11,841 bases of DNA, taken from contig CAXTKV010000167.1 in assembly GCA_964244895.1 (NCBI GenBank), positions 1 through 11,841 of the forward strand, written 5' to 3'. The notes below the pieces were generated by a model. It was not told where the DNA came from. It made no database searches and saw nothing but the letters and a program-made list of their open reading frames with translations. The stretch is from an uncultured Deinococcales bacterium. GTDB taxonomy: Bacteria > Deinococcota > Deinococci > Deinococcales > JAAFIG01. Position numbers and translations under genes: made by a program. Of the stretch, positions 1 through 7,029 are shown in pieces; positions within the stretch are counted from its first letter, which is position 1; each line of letters begins with the position of its first letter.

Positions 1-450
1 CAGGCTGACCGTCGGCGGCGGGGTATCGGCGGTTGTGCAGTCTTTTTTGATCTTGACCATGATCTTTTCGGTGGTCAATACCTTGCCGCTTTTGAGGTAG
101 ATCTTGGCGGTGAAATGCCGCTCGTATTCGTTTGCGTTTTCGGTGTCTTCGCCGTCCGTCCCGCCGTTGGTGACGGATTGTGCAGCGATATCGAGGCTGT
201 ACGGGGTTGTGGTGCTGGTACCCAGCAAGGTCTTGCCCTGGTAGAACTCGACTTTGATCACTTCGCCGAGATCGGATTTCAGTTTGACAGCCAGCGTGAT
301 CGTGCCGGTGCAATCGGTCGTGACCGTGCTGCTCGAGAGTTCGCCGGTGGTCGGCGTGACGGTTCCCGTGGGTGTGGTGTTACAGCCGACCAGAAGCGTT
401 GCGCCGCCCCAACCCAGTGCCTGTACCGCCTGGCGTCGATTCATGTGCAT
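1..450 (-). CDS. Tat-type lipoprotein with bacterial Ig-like domain(s); partial, runs off the left edge
   Basis: Not in the ORF track; translated by hand. ATG at 450 follows GAGGGGG-N5 and the frame is open to base 1: MHMNRRQAVQALGWGGATLLVGC-NTTPTG...VIKVEFYQGKTLLGTSTTTPYSLDI...KKDCTTADTPPPTVSL. It has a twin-Arg N-region and lipobox LVGC. The VxKVEFYxGxxLLGTxTxxPYS and DTxPPTVSL motifs resemble Big_7-type Ig domains. Confidence 0.85.
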   Translation of the reverse strand, partial: MHMNRRQAVQALGWGGATLLVGCNTTPTGTVTPTTGELSSSTVTTDCTGTITLAVKLKSDLGEVIKVEFYQGKTLLGTSTTTPYSLDIAAQSVTNGGTDGEDTENANEYERHFTAKIYLKSGKVLTTEKIMVKIKKDCTTADTPPPTVSL

Positions 451-548
451 GTTGACCCCCTCGCGCGGCTGATGGCGCCACGCGCGACCTCGAGCGATGC
501 TCGTCCAGAATTCGGGTTGTGCGGTCGTTCCCCTCCCTGGAAACGGGT

Positions 549-1370
549 TTACTTGATGGTCCAGAAGCTTTCTTGGGTGGTGTGACAGTAGGTGCAGAAG
601 TGGTTGGGCAGGGTTTTCTGGAAGGCGACCAGATCTTCGGGGTTCTCGAGCAGGGTCTGTTGGGCGCGAACGTACTGAAGCGCCTGACCCAGATCTTGCG
701 GGCTGATTTCCTGAGCGCCCCGGTGGCAACTGGCGCAGCGCTCCGTGCCCGAAGCGATCAGCGTCGGGTGGTTCGGCACGAAATCCGCGCCGTGGCTGGC
801 GGGCACGTGGCATCTGGAACACGAACCGTCGCCGGATTTCCCGAAGCTGGTAAAAATCGTCGGGTTAACGGTCGGGGTGCCGCCCTCGAAGCTGGCGGGT
901 TTGGTCTGGGCGTTGTGGCACTGCGAACAGAACCGTCCGAGGGATTTCGCGGCGTGCGGCTCCAGGCTCACGTCCGGCGCGCGGGATTGAAAGTCCTTGC
1001 CGCTGCCCAGCCCGCGCTCGTCGGCGTGGCAGCTCAGGCAGTTCTTCGAACCCAGGGACGCGAAATGCCGTTCGTGGCTGAAGGTCACGCGGGTCGCACC
1101 TTTCGGCGCCCAGTGCTTCTCGATGTCCTGCGGCGGTCGCCACTGCGGTTGCGGGATGGCGGTTCCGTTTCGCAGTTCGACCCAGCGTCCCGCCTTGAGG
1201 CTCGAGATACCGAGTTCCGGCAGGGGCGCGCCGTTGGAGAGCGCGAAGGTTTTCGTGGCCGGGTCGTACCGCACCCAGGCCAGGGTTTTCCAGCCGTTCG
1301 CCAAGGCGATTCCCAGCCAGCCCACAATCAGCAGGGCGGCCAGGAACCGCGTGGCGGACGGTGTTTTCAC
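549..1370 (-). CDS. Secreted pentaheme c-type cytochrome (c3/c7-like N-terminal motif)
   Basis: Sec-like signal peptide (MKTPSATRFLAALLIVGWLGIALA). Five CxxCH motifs: CLSCH, CSQCH, CSRCH, CASCH, CTYCH. An FSHxxH motif precedes the first. The GTG start overlaps the yceI stop (GTGA). Confidence 0.9.
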   Translation of the reverse strand: MKTPSATRFLAALLIVGWLGIALANGWKTLAWVRYDPATKTFALSNGAPLPELGISSLKAGRWVELRNGTAIPQPQWRPPQDIEKHWAPKGATRVTFSHERHFASLGSKNCLSCHADERGLGSGKDFQSRAPDVSLEPHAAKSLGRFCSQCHNAQTKPASFEGGTPTVNPTIFTSFGKSGDGSCSRCHVPASHGADFVPNHPTLIASGTERCASCHRGAQEISPQDLGQALQYVRAQQTLLENPEDLVAFQKTLPNHFCTYCHTTQESFWTIK

Positions 1371-1912
1371 TGCGTAGCCGCCTCGGCTGAGATGCTCACG
1401 GTCACGTCGTTACCGACTTTCAGGCCCATCATGCTGGGTTGCTCCATCCGGTAATCGGTGATTTTCATGGCGAACTGCCCGGTGAACGTGACCTTGCCGC
1501 CGTCGGTTTTGGCCTGAGCCGCAATGTTGATCGGCGCGGTCACGCCGTGCATGGTCAGGTTGCCGGAAAGCACGAAGCCGCCCTTGGTCGGATCGCCCTG
1601 AATCTTGGTGGGTTCAAAGCAGGCGGTCGGGAATTTCTCGGCCTCGAACATGTCCTTGGTGTGGCTGTCGCGGATGATCTCGCCGGAAGCCCAGGCTTTC
1701 TGGTCGCTGCAAATCTTGCCCTTGACGGCGTTCGATTCCTTGTCCCAGGTGAACGCGCCGGTGACGGCCTTGTTGGTGCCCTTGAACTTGCCCAACGGCC
1801 CGGACGCTTCGTAGGTCAGTTGGGCGTTCGGCGTGTAACTGGCGGGTGCGGCGACGCTCGAGGCGAGCGTGGAAGCACCGGCGATAACGAGCGTGGCGAT
1901 CAGTGTTTTCAT
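1367..1912 (-). CDS. yceI: YceI-family polyisoprenoid/lipid-binding periplasmic protein
   Basis: Start reassigned to ATG 1912 after RBS GAAAGGA-N8. Signal peptide MKTLIATLVIAGASTLASSVAA. YceI-like motifs RDSH..MFEAEKFP..F and GNLTMHGVT. Confidence 0.85.
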   Translation of the reverse strand: MKTLIATLVIAGASTLASSVAAPASYTPNAQLTYEASGPLGKFKGTNKAVTGAFTWDKESNAVKGKICSDQKAWASGEIIRDSHTKDMFEAEKFPTACFEPTKIQGDPTKGGFVLSGNLTMHGVTAPINIAAQAKTDGGKVTFTGQFAMKITDYRMEQPSMMGLKVGNDVTVSISAEAATQ

Positions 1913-1959
1913 GGTGTTTTTCCTTTCAATAGACTTGGGCGGCGAGCCGACGACGGGGC

Positions 1960-2184
1960 TTAGGGGCGCCAGAAACCCGAAGCGTTGATGTCGAAATCGT
2001 TCGGGTTGACCTGGGCGTTGACCGCGCTGATCAACAAGAACACCGCAGCCGCCAACACCAGCGCGCCCCCGAGGGCAGCCAGCGCTTCGAGCGCGACCGT
2101 GGCCACCTCGAGACTTCTGGGGTTCTGCCTGGCTCGAGGATCGCGGGTCGGTGCGCGAAGGTCGGGGTTCCATAGGTGGGTCAT
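1960..2184 (-). CDS. Small single-pass membrane protein, 74 aa, unknown function
   Basis: Strong RBS GAAAGGAG-N6-ATG. One long hydrophobic segment (ALAALGGALVLAAAVFLLISAV). Co-oriented within the cluster. Confidence 0.7.
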   Translation of the reverse strand: MTHLWNPDLRAPTRDPRARQNPRSLEVATVALEALAALGGALVLAAAVFLLISAVNAQVNPNDFDINASGFWRP

Positions 2185-2280
2185 GATCGGCTCCTTTCGA
2201 GGGCTGAGGTGTCTGAGTCGCGGTGCGATCGTGTCTGAAAGCTTTTTGGAAAGATCGGCCAGGATAGTGTTTCTGGCATG

Positions 2281-2303
2281 CGAAAAATCGCGTCCTGGAC
2301 GGT
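2281..2303. repeat. Single copy of the dispersed palindromic (REP-like) unit
   Basis: Reverse complement ACCGTCCAGGACGCGATTTTTCG. Lies just after the beta-barrel stop and matches copies at 4730-4781, 8933-8986 and 10620-10644. Confidence 0.7.
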
Positions 2304-2310
2304 GCCGGAC

Positions 2311-3837
2311 TTACCTACAACCGCTCGGCGTAACAGCTGTCGGGGTTTCTTCCGGCCCGAGGATGCGCGCGTCCGGGGCGGGCGGATCGACGGGCACGTA
2401 AAACCAGCTCGAGAGCCCCAACTTGACGGTGGCCGCCGACGGGTTCGTGATCGGCGAGACGACCTCCAGAATCACTTGCCAGCCATCGAAGCTCGAGTAA
2501 CTGAGCCGCAGGTCGGCGTTGTAGCGGTTGTAGAAGCGCACGTCGGTCGTGGTCACGTCGAGCGCCACCGTGAACGGCCCGCCGAAGATATCGCGGTAGG
2601 TCACGCCCGCGCGCGCGCCGATGCGAAACTGCGTGTCCGAACCCGCGCTCAGCCCGAAACGCAATTCGACCGGGTCGCCCAGCCAGAGGCTGTCCACGTC
2701 GAGGTGTCCGGGCGTCGGCGAGAAGGTTCCGGTCGCGCCGAAACGCAGTTCCGTCAGGACATCCGGGATGGGTTTCAAGAAGCGGTATTCGCCGCGCACG
2801 AAGCTGCCGCCGAACGCGTCCGTGCGCCATTCCAGGCTCAGTTCGCGCGTGAAGAACAGCCCACCCGTGCTGAAACCCGTCGCGTCAATATCCGTCCGTC
2901 CGCGCAAGGATAACCAGCCCAGGGGCGTGTCAGTCACGAAGCCGATACCCTCGAGATAGACGCTCTTGTCCGTGCCGCCGAAGTTGAAACGGTAATCGGG
3001 CGCGTTCCTGATCTCGCCCGTGAAGCTCAGGACGTTCGCGCCGGACACGCCGAGCGCGGTTTCGGCCTGCGGTCTGTACTGGACGCTGCCGTGGAACTGA
3101 TCGTAACCGCCTTGCGCAGAAACGATCGGGTCTTGACCCAGGATGTTTAGGCTCGCGCCCGCGCAGACGTAAGGGCTGTTCCAGCCGATGCCGCCGCGCA
3201 TCGCGGCCTGGAACGGTCGCGCCCAACCGATCGCGAAACCGAACGGCAAATCCTGCGAGAGGTACAAGCCGCGCCCCGCATCGCCCGCCACGTGCAACGG
3301 TGCGCCGAAACTGTCGGCCAGCAGCGCCCGGAAGCCCTGGTAGCGCAGATCGACGCTTCCATCGAAGGACGCGTCCGGGCTCCAGGTCAGCGCACCGTTC
3401 AGGTGCAGGTCGCCCCAGCCACCCGACACGCGCAATCCCGCGTCACCACCCAGGCTGGGCGAGCCCGCCGGGTCGAACGCCCCGTTGCCGGAGAGGATCA
3501 CGTTGAAACCGGACTCGCCCGGTGAGCCGACCTCGAGCCGGTACGCGGTCTGCGCGCCGCTCGCGTCAATCACGGCCAGCGTCACCAGGCAGGTGCTGTA
3601 GCCCTTGGTAATGACCGTCAGCGCTGCGCGTCCCGGCCCCTCGAGTTGCGCGGCGTCGAGGCTCGCAGGGCAGGTGCTGGCGGCCACCGCGATTTGCAGC
3701 GTGCCAGTTTGAGCCAGCACCAGCCCGATCTCGACGCGATCGTTGAAGGCCACTGGAGCGTCCAGGCTGAGTTGAGCCATGACCGGGCAACACCCGATCA
3801 CGGCGAACAGAATGGCGCTGGCGAAGGATCGTCGCAT
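2311..3837 (-). CDS. Secreted protein, probable outer-membrane beta-barrel with a small N-terminal domain (508 aa)
   Basis: ATG 3837 lies 1 nt after the Rieske stop, suggesting translational coupling. Signal peptide MRRSFASAILFAVIGCCPVMA. Many Gly/aromatic amphipathic strands (LHLNGALTW, GSVDLRY, FVRGEYRF, FRIGARAGVTY, YNADLRLSY, VKLGLSSWFY). No family recognised. Confidence 0.7.
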   Translation of the reverse strand: MRRSFASAILFAVIGCCPVMAQLSLDAPVAFNDRVEIGLVLAQTGTLQIAVAASTCPASLDAAQLEGPGRAALTVITKGYSTCLVTLAVIDASGAQTAYRLEVGSPGESGFNVILSGNGAFDPAGSPSLGGDAGLRVSGGWGDLHLNGALTWSPDASFDGSVDLRYQGFRALLADSFGAPLHVAGDAGRGLYLSQDLPFGFAIGWARPFQAAMRGGIGWNSPYVCAGASLNILGQDPIVSAQGGYDQFHGSVQYRPQAETALGVSGANVLSFTGEIRNAPDYRFNFGGTDKSVYLEGIGFVTDTPLGWLSLRGRTDIDATGFSTGGLFFTRELSLEWRTDAFGGSFVRGEYRFLKPIPDVLTELRFGATGTFSPTPGHLDVDSLWLGDPVELRFGLSAGSDTQFRIGARAGVTYRDIFGGPFTVALDVTTTDVRFYNRYNADLRLSYSSFDGWQVILEVVSPITNPSAATVKLGLSSWFYVPVDPPAPDARILGPEETPTAVTPSGCR

Positions 3838-3838
3838 C

Positions 3839-4591
3839 TTATGGGCGCAAAATTCCCGTCGCGTAGACGGTGTTGTCGGAAGCAACCTGAAGGCTGTACT
3901 GCGCGAGCGGCTTGCTGGTCTTGTTGGCCGATCCCGTCGGCGTTCCGGTGGTGGCGGTGAACTGCTGACCGTGGTTCGGGCAGGTCATGATGCCGCTCGT
4001 GGGATTGCCGATGGACGTACCCTGGTGCGTGCAGACCCTCGAGAACGCCACGATCCAGACGCTGCCGCGCTGCACGCCGCCCGCGAGTTGGGTGCTGCTG
4101 GCGTAGACGATCACCGGGACGCCGCTGACGGTGACGCGTTTGAACTGCCCATCCGCCGTGACTTCGGTCGCCAGAAGCACCTGGGTTCCGGTCGGTGGTG
4201 GCGGAGGCGGCGGGGTCGGCCCAGGGGGCGGTGGCGGAGGGGTCGGGCCGGGTGGCGGCGGTGGTGGCGTCGGGCCCGGTGGGGGTGGTGGCGGTGTCGG
4301 CCCTGGCGGGGGTGGCGGTGGCGTTGGACCCGGCGGAGGTGGCGGTGGGGTCGGGCCGGGCGGTGGTGGCGGTGGGGTTGGGCCGGGCGGTGGTGAAGGC
4401 GGCGTCGGCGATGGAGGCGGTGGTGGCCCAGGCGGTGTCACGGGAGTGGCATCGAATTCGTTGCAGGCGCTCAGCACGACGGGAGCTGCCGTCAGGCACA
4501 ACAGGCAACCGATCATTCGCATCGCCTCGCGGCGGCTGAACTCCTTGTCGAGCGCACGATCCAGGATCGGTTCGGGGGTTGTCTCGGTCAT
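3839..4591 (-). CDS. Tat-exported lipoprotein with polyproline linker and C-terminal Rieske [2Fe-2S] domain
   Basis: Start reassigned to ATG 4591 after RBS AAAGGAG-N5. Twin-Arg motif FSRREAM and lipobox LSAC. Linker (GPTPPPPPP)x7. Rieske boxes CTHQG and CPNHG. Confidence 0.9.
   Translation of the reverse strand: MTETTPEPILDRALDKEFSRREAMRMIGCLLCLTAAPVVLSACNEFDATPVTPPGPPPPPSPTPPSPPPGPTPPPPPPGPTPPPPPPGPTPPPPPPGPTPPPPPPGPTPPPPPPGPTPPPPPPGPTPPPPPPPTGTQVLLATEVTADGQFKRVTVSGVPVIVYASSTQLAGGVQRGSVWIVAFSRVCTHQGTSIGNPTSGIMTCPNHGQQFTATTGTPTGSANKTSKPLAQYSLQVASDNTVYATGILRP
4193..4436 (-). repeat. 27-bp coding tandem repeat (GPTPPPPPP x7 plus degenerate units)
   Basis: Seven units are identical in amino acids but differ at synonymous positions. 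Confidence 0.95.
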
Positions 4592-4729
4592 CAGCACTCC
4601 TTTTGGGCTGCAAACCACCAAACCCGTGCGCCCCGGTGACACACGCGTCAAAACGGTGGATCCTTGCCCGAACAGGAGTCTCAGGATTTTGGTTAACTGA
4701 GGATTAGACCACTTTTGCAACGCATCCGA

Positions 4730-4781
4730 AGACCGTTCAGGACACGAATCTTGAGTCCTCAAAAATACCGTCCAGGACGGT
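4730..4781. repeat. Inverted doublet of the palindromic unit (~52 bp)
   Basis: AGACCGTTCAGGACACGAATCTTGAG-TC-CTCAAAAATACCGTCCAGGACGGT aligns end to end with 8933-8986. Confidence 0.8.
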
Positions 4782-4876
4782 GCTCGCGCGAACCGAAATC
4801 TTTTCCCGAGCCGTATTGATCGGGTTCCGTGCGATCCGGAACACCGCAGATGCCCAGCTCGAAGCCGCTGGGGTAG

Positions 4877-4882
4877 TACCGT
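4877..4882 (+). promoter_or_regulatory. Putative -10 box for leaderless transcription of the response regulator
   Basis: TACCGT (TANNNT) lies exactly 6 nt before ATG 4889, and no Shine-Dalgarno is visible. Confidence 0.6.
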
Positions 4883-4888
4883 GAAACC

Positions 4889-5563
4889 ATGCGATTGCTC
4901 GTAGTCGAAGACGACCCGGACTTGCTGCGCGCCCTGGCATCCGGCCTGCGCGAGGAAGGCTACGTCGTGGACGAATCCGACGACGGCGAGGACGCGGTCT
5001 ATCAGGCCAGCCTGACCTCGCACGATTTGATCGTGCTGGACGTGGGTTTACCGTCCCAGGACGGCTTTTCGGCCTGCCGGGAAATGCGCGCGCACGGTGT
5101 CAAGGCCGCGATCTTGATGCTGACCGCCAGGGACGACCTGCGCGATAAGGTCAGCGGTCTGGACGCGGGCGCGGACGATTACCTGACCAAACCCTTCGAG
5201 TTCGAGGAACTGCTGGCGCGATTGCGGGCGCTGCTGCGGCGCGGCGGCTCGAGCGCGCTCCTGGGCGTGGGCGACCTCAGCCTCGACCCGTCCAACGCCC
5301 GCGTCGAACGCGCCGGGAAGGTGATCGCTTTGAGCGCGCGCGAGTACGCGATGCTGGAATTCCTGATGCGCCACCCCGACGAGGTGCTGTCCCGCGCGCG
5401 GATCGCAGAAGCCGTCTGGCCCGACGATGCTGGCTTCGATTCCAACGTGGTGGACGTGTTCGTGTCGTATCTCAGAAAGAAGATTGACAAGCCTTTCACC
5501 GTAGCGTTGTTGCACACGGTGCGCGGCATGGGTTACGTGCTGCGCTCGCCGCAGGGTGGCTGA
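4889..5563 (+). CDS. OmpR/PhoB-family response regulator
   Basis: Receiver domain (LVVEDD, DLIVLDVGLP, LMLTA, GADDYLTKPF) plus winged helix (LSAREY.MLE.LM, SNVVDVFVSYLRKKID, HTVRGMGY). Confidence 0.97.
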   Translation: MRLLVVEDDPDLLRALASGLREEGYVVDESDDGEDAVYQASLTSHDLIVLDVGLPSQDGFSACREMRAHGVKAAILMLTARDDLRDKVSGLDAGADDYLTKPFEFEELLARLRALLRRGGSSALLGVGDLSLDPSNARVERAGKVIALSAREYAMLEFLMRHPDEVLSRARIAEAVWPDDAGFDSNVVDVFVSYLRKKIDKPFTVALLHTVRGMGYVLRSPQGG

Positions 5564-6990
5564 TGTCACTGCGGTTGCGGCTAACCCTGACGCTCGCCCT
5601 GGCGCTCTTATTGCCCGTCCTGAGCCTGGGTGCGGTGCTGTACGCCCTGACGGCGGCGGATGCGGGCGCGGACTTCGATCTGGAATTGCGAACCCTGGCC
5701 AGGGCTTACGCGCAACTCGCGGTCGGTGCGGATCGGGTGATGCTGCGCGAGCCACCCTCGACGCCGCTGCTGGAAAAACTGGGCGATCTTCAGGTGTTTT
5801 TGGTCAGGCCGAACGGAAGCGTGCAGGATGCTTTGAACTCGAACCAGATCAGCATCCCGGCGGATGTTCTGGCTCGAGTTCAGGGCGGTCAAGAAGCTTC
5901 TTTTGCCCTGGGCGGGGATCGGGGTGCAGCGGTCTTCCCGATCTTCTCGACGGACGGCACCTTCAGTCTGGCCTACGCTCTGGTGGTATCCGCCGCCGAT
6001 CTGGCGGGCACGCAGAGGCTGATGAAGTTGCGCTTGACGGTGATCGTCTGGCTGGTGGGAGCGGCGCTGTTGGCCTTCATCGTCGGTGATCGGCTGGCGG
6101 TCTGGTTGAGCCGCCCTCTGCGCGAGGTCGCCCAGACGGCCCGCGCGGTCGAACACGGCGAACTCTCGAGCCGCATCCCTCGGGCGGATTCGCGAGACGA
6201 GCTGGGCGCGCTCAAGCGCAGCCTGAACGGCATGCTGGAGCGCCTCGAATCGCTGGTCGAGGCGCAACGCCGCTTTACCGCCGAGGCCGCGCACGATTTG
6301 CGCACGCCCCTGTCGGTGCTGCGCACCGAGGTCGAGGTCGCGCTGCGCCGACCGCGCGAGGCGCCCGAGTACCGCGCCGTGCTGGAACGCCTTCTGGAAC
6401 GCATCGGCGGGCTCTCAAAGCTGGCCGAAGACCTGCTGACGCTGGCGCGACTCGAGGCTGGGCCGGAGGTTCCGTTCGAGCGTTTCGTGCTTTCAGACGC
6501 GCTCGAGACGGTGCGTTCGACCTACGCGCATCTGGCGACGCAGCGAGGGCTGGCGTATTCTTTTGAGATTCCACGCGATCTGGAATTCTACGGCGATGCC
6601 GTGATGATCGGTCGCGCCGTCGGCAACTTGCTCGAAAACGCGGTCGGTGCCGCCAGCAGCGAAGTCGGTTTGCGCGTTCGGGCCAAGGGGCGCGAGGTCA
6701 CGCTGCGCGTCTGGGACGACGGCTCCGGCGTTGACCCGCAGATGCGCGAGCGCTTGTTTACTCGTTTCGCCAAGGGCGCTCGCTCCCGTGGCGCGGGGCT
6801 GGGGCTGGCGATCGTGCAGGGGGTCGTGCGCGCCCACGAGGGCAGCATCGCGCTCGAAGAGGCCGCCAAGGGAGCCATGTTTGTGGTGACCTTGCCCAAT
6901 GCCTTCGATGCGGGTTCGTCCAACACGCGCGAAACGGGCATGAGGGCCTCGAGGACAGATTCCAATTCTCGTGTAACAAATGTGAAGTAA
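5563..6990 (+). CDS. Membrane sensor histidine kinase (2 TM, HAMP, HisKA, HATPase_c)
   Basis: TGATG overlap with the regulator. H-box AAHDLRTPL, N-box NLLENA, G1 DDGSG, G2 GAGLGLAI. Confidence 0.96.
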   Translation: MSLRLRLTLTLALALLLPVLSLGAVLYALTAADAGADFDLELRTLARAYAQLAVGADRVMLREPPSTPLLEKLGDLQVFLVRPNGSVQDALNSNQISIPADVLARVQGGQEASFALGGDRGAAVFPIFSTDGTFSLAYALVVSAADLAGTQRLMKLRLTVIVWLVGAALLAFIVGDRLAVWLSRPLREVAQTARAVEHGELSSRIPRADSRDELGALKRSLNGMLERLESLVEAQRRFTAEAAHDLRTPLSVLRTEVEVALRRPREAPEYRAVLERLLERIGGLSKLAEDLLTLARLEAGPEVPFERFVLSDALETVRSTYAHLATQRGLAYSFEIPRDLEFYGDAVMIGRAVGNLLENAVGAASSEVGLRVRAKGREVTLRVWDDGSGVDPQMRERLFTRFAKGARSRGAGLGLAIVQGVVRAHEGSIALEEAAKGAMFVVTLPNAFDAGSSNTRETGMRASRTDSNSRVTNVK

Positions 6991-7029
6991 TTTATGGCGA
7001 AGAAAATGGAAAAGAAAGGAGCAATTCAA

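Noticed and set aside
1913..2173. Long N-terminal extension of yceI
   Set aside because: It overlaps the 74-aa gene in another frame. A signal peptide and RBS are found at 1912.
549..4591. Standard cytochrome bc complex or Nrf nitrite reductase operon
   Set aside because: No cytochrome b, NrfD-like subunit or CxxCK heme in the window, and the Rieske lacks the bc-type disulfide.
4131..4700. Gly-rich ORF (VGPGGGGGG repeats) and the Arg/Trp- and Ala/Thr-rich frames over the same region
   Set aside because: These are antisense or alternative-frame shadows of the polyproline repeat, with no independent evidence.
4592..5023. N-terminal extension of the Rieske ORF (394-aa version)
   Set aside because: It overlaps the response regulator on the other strand. 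RBS, Tat motif and lipobox all point to ATG 4591.
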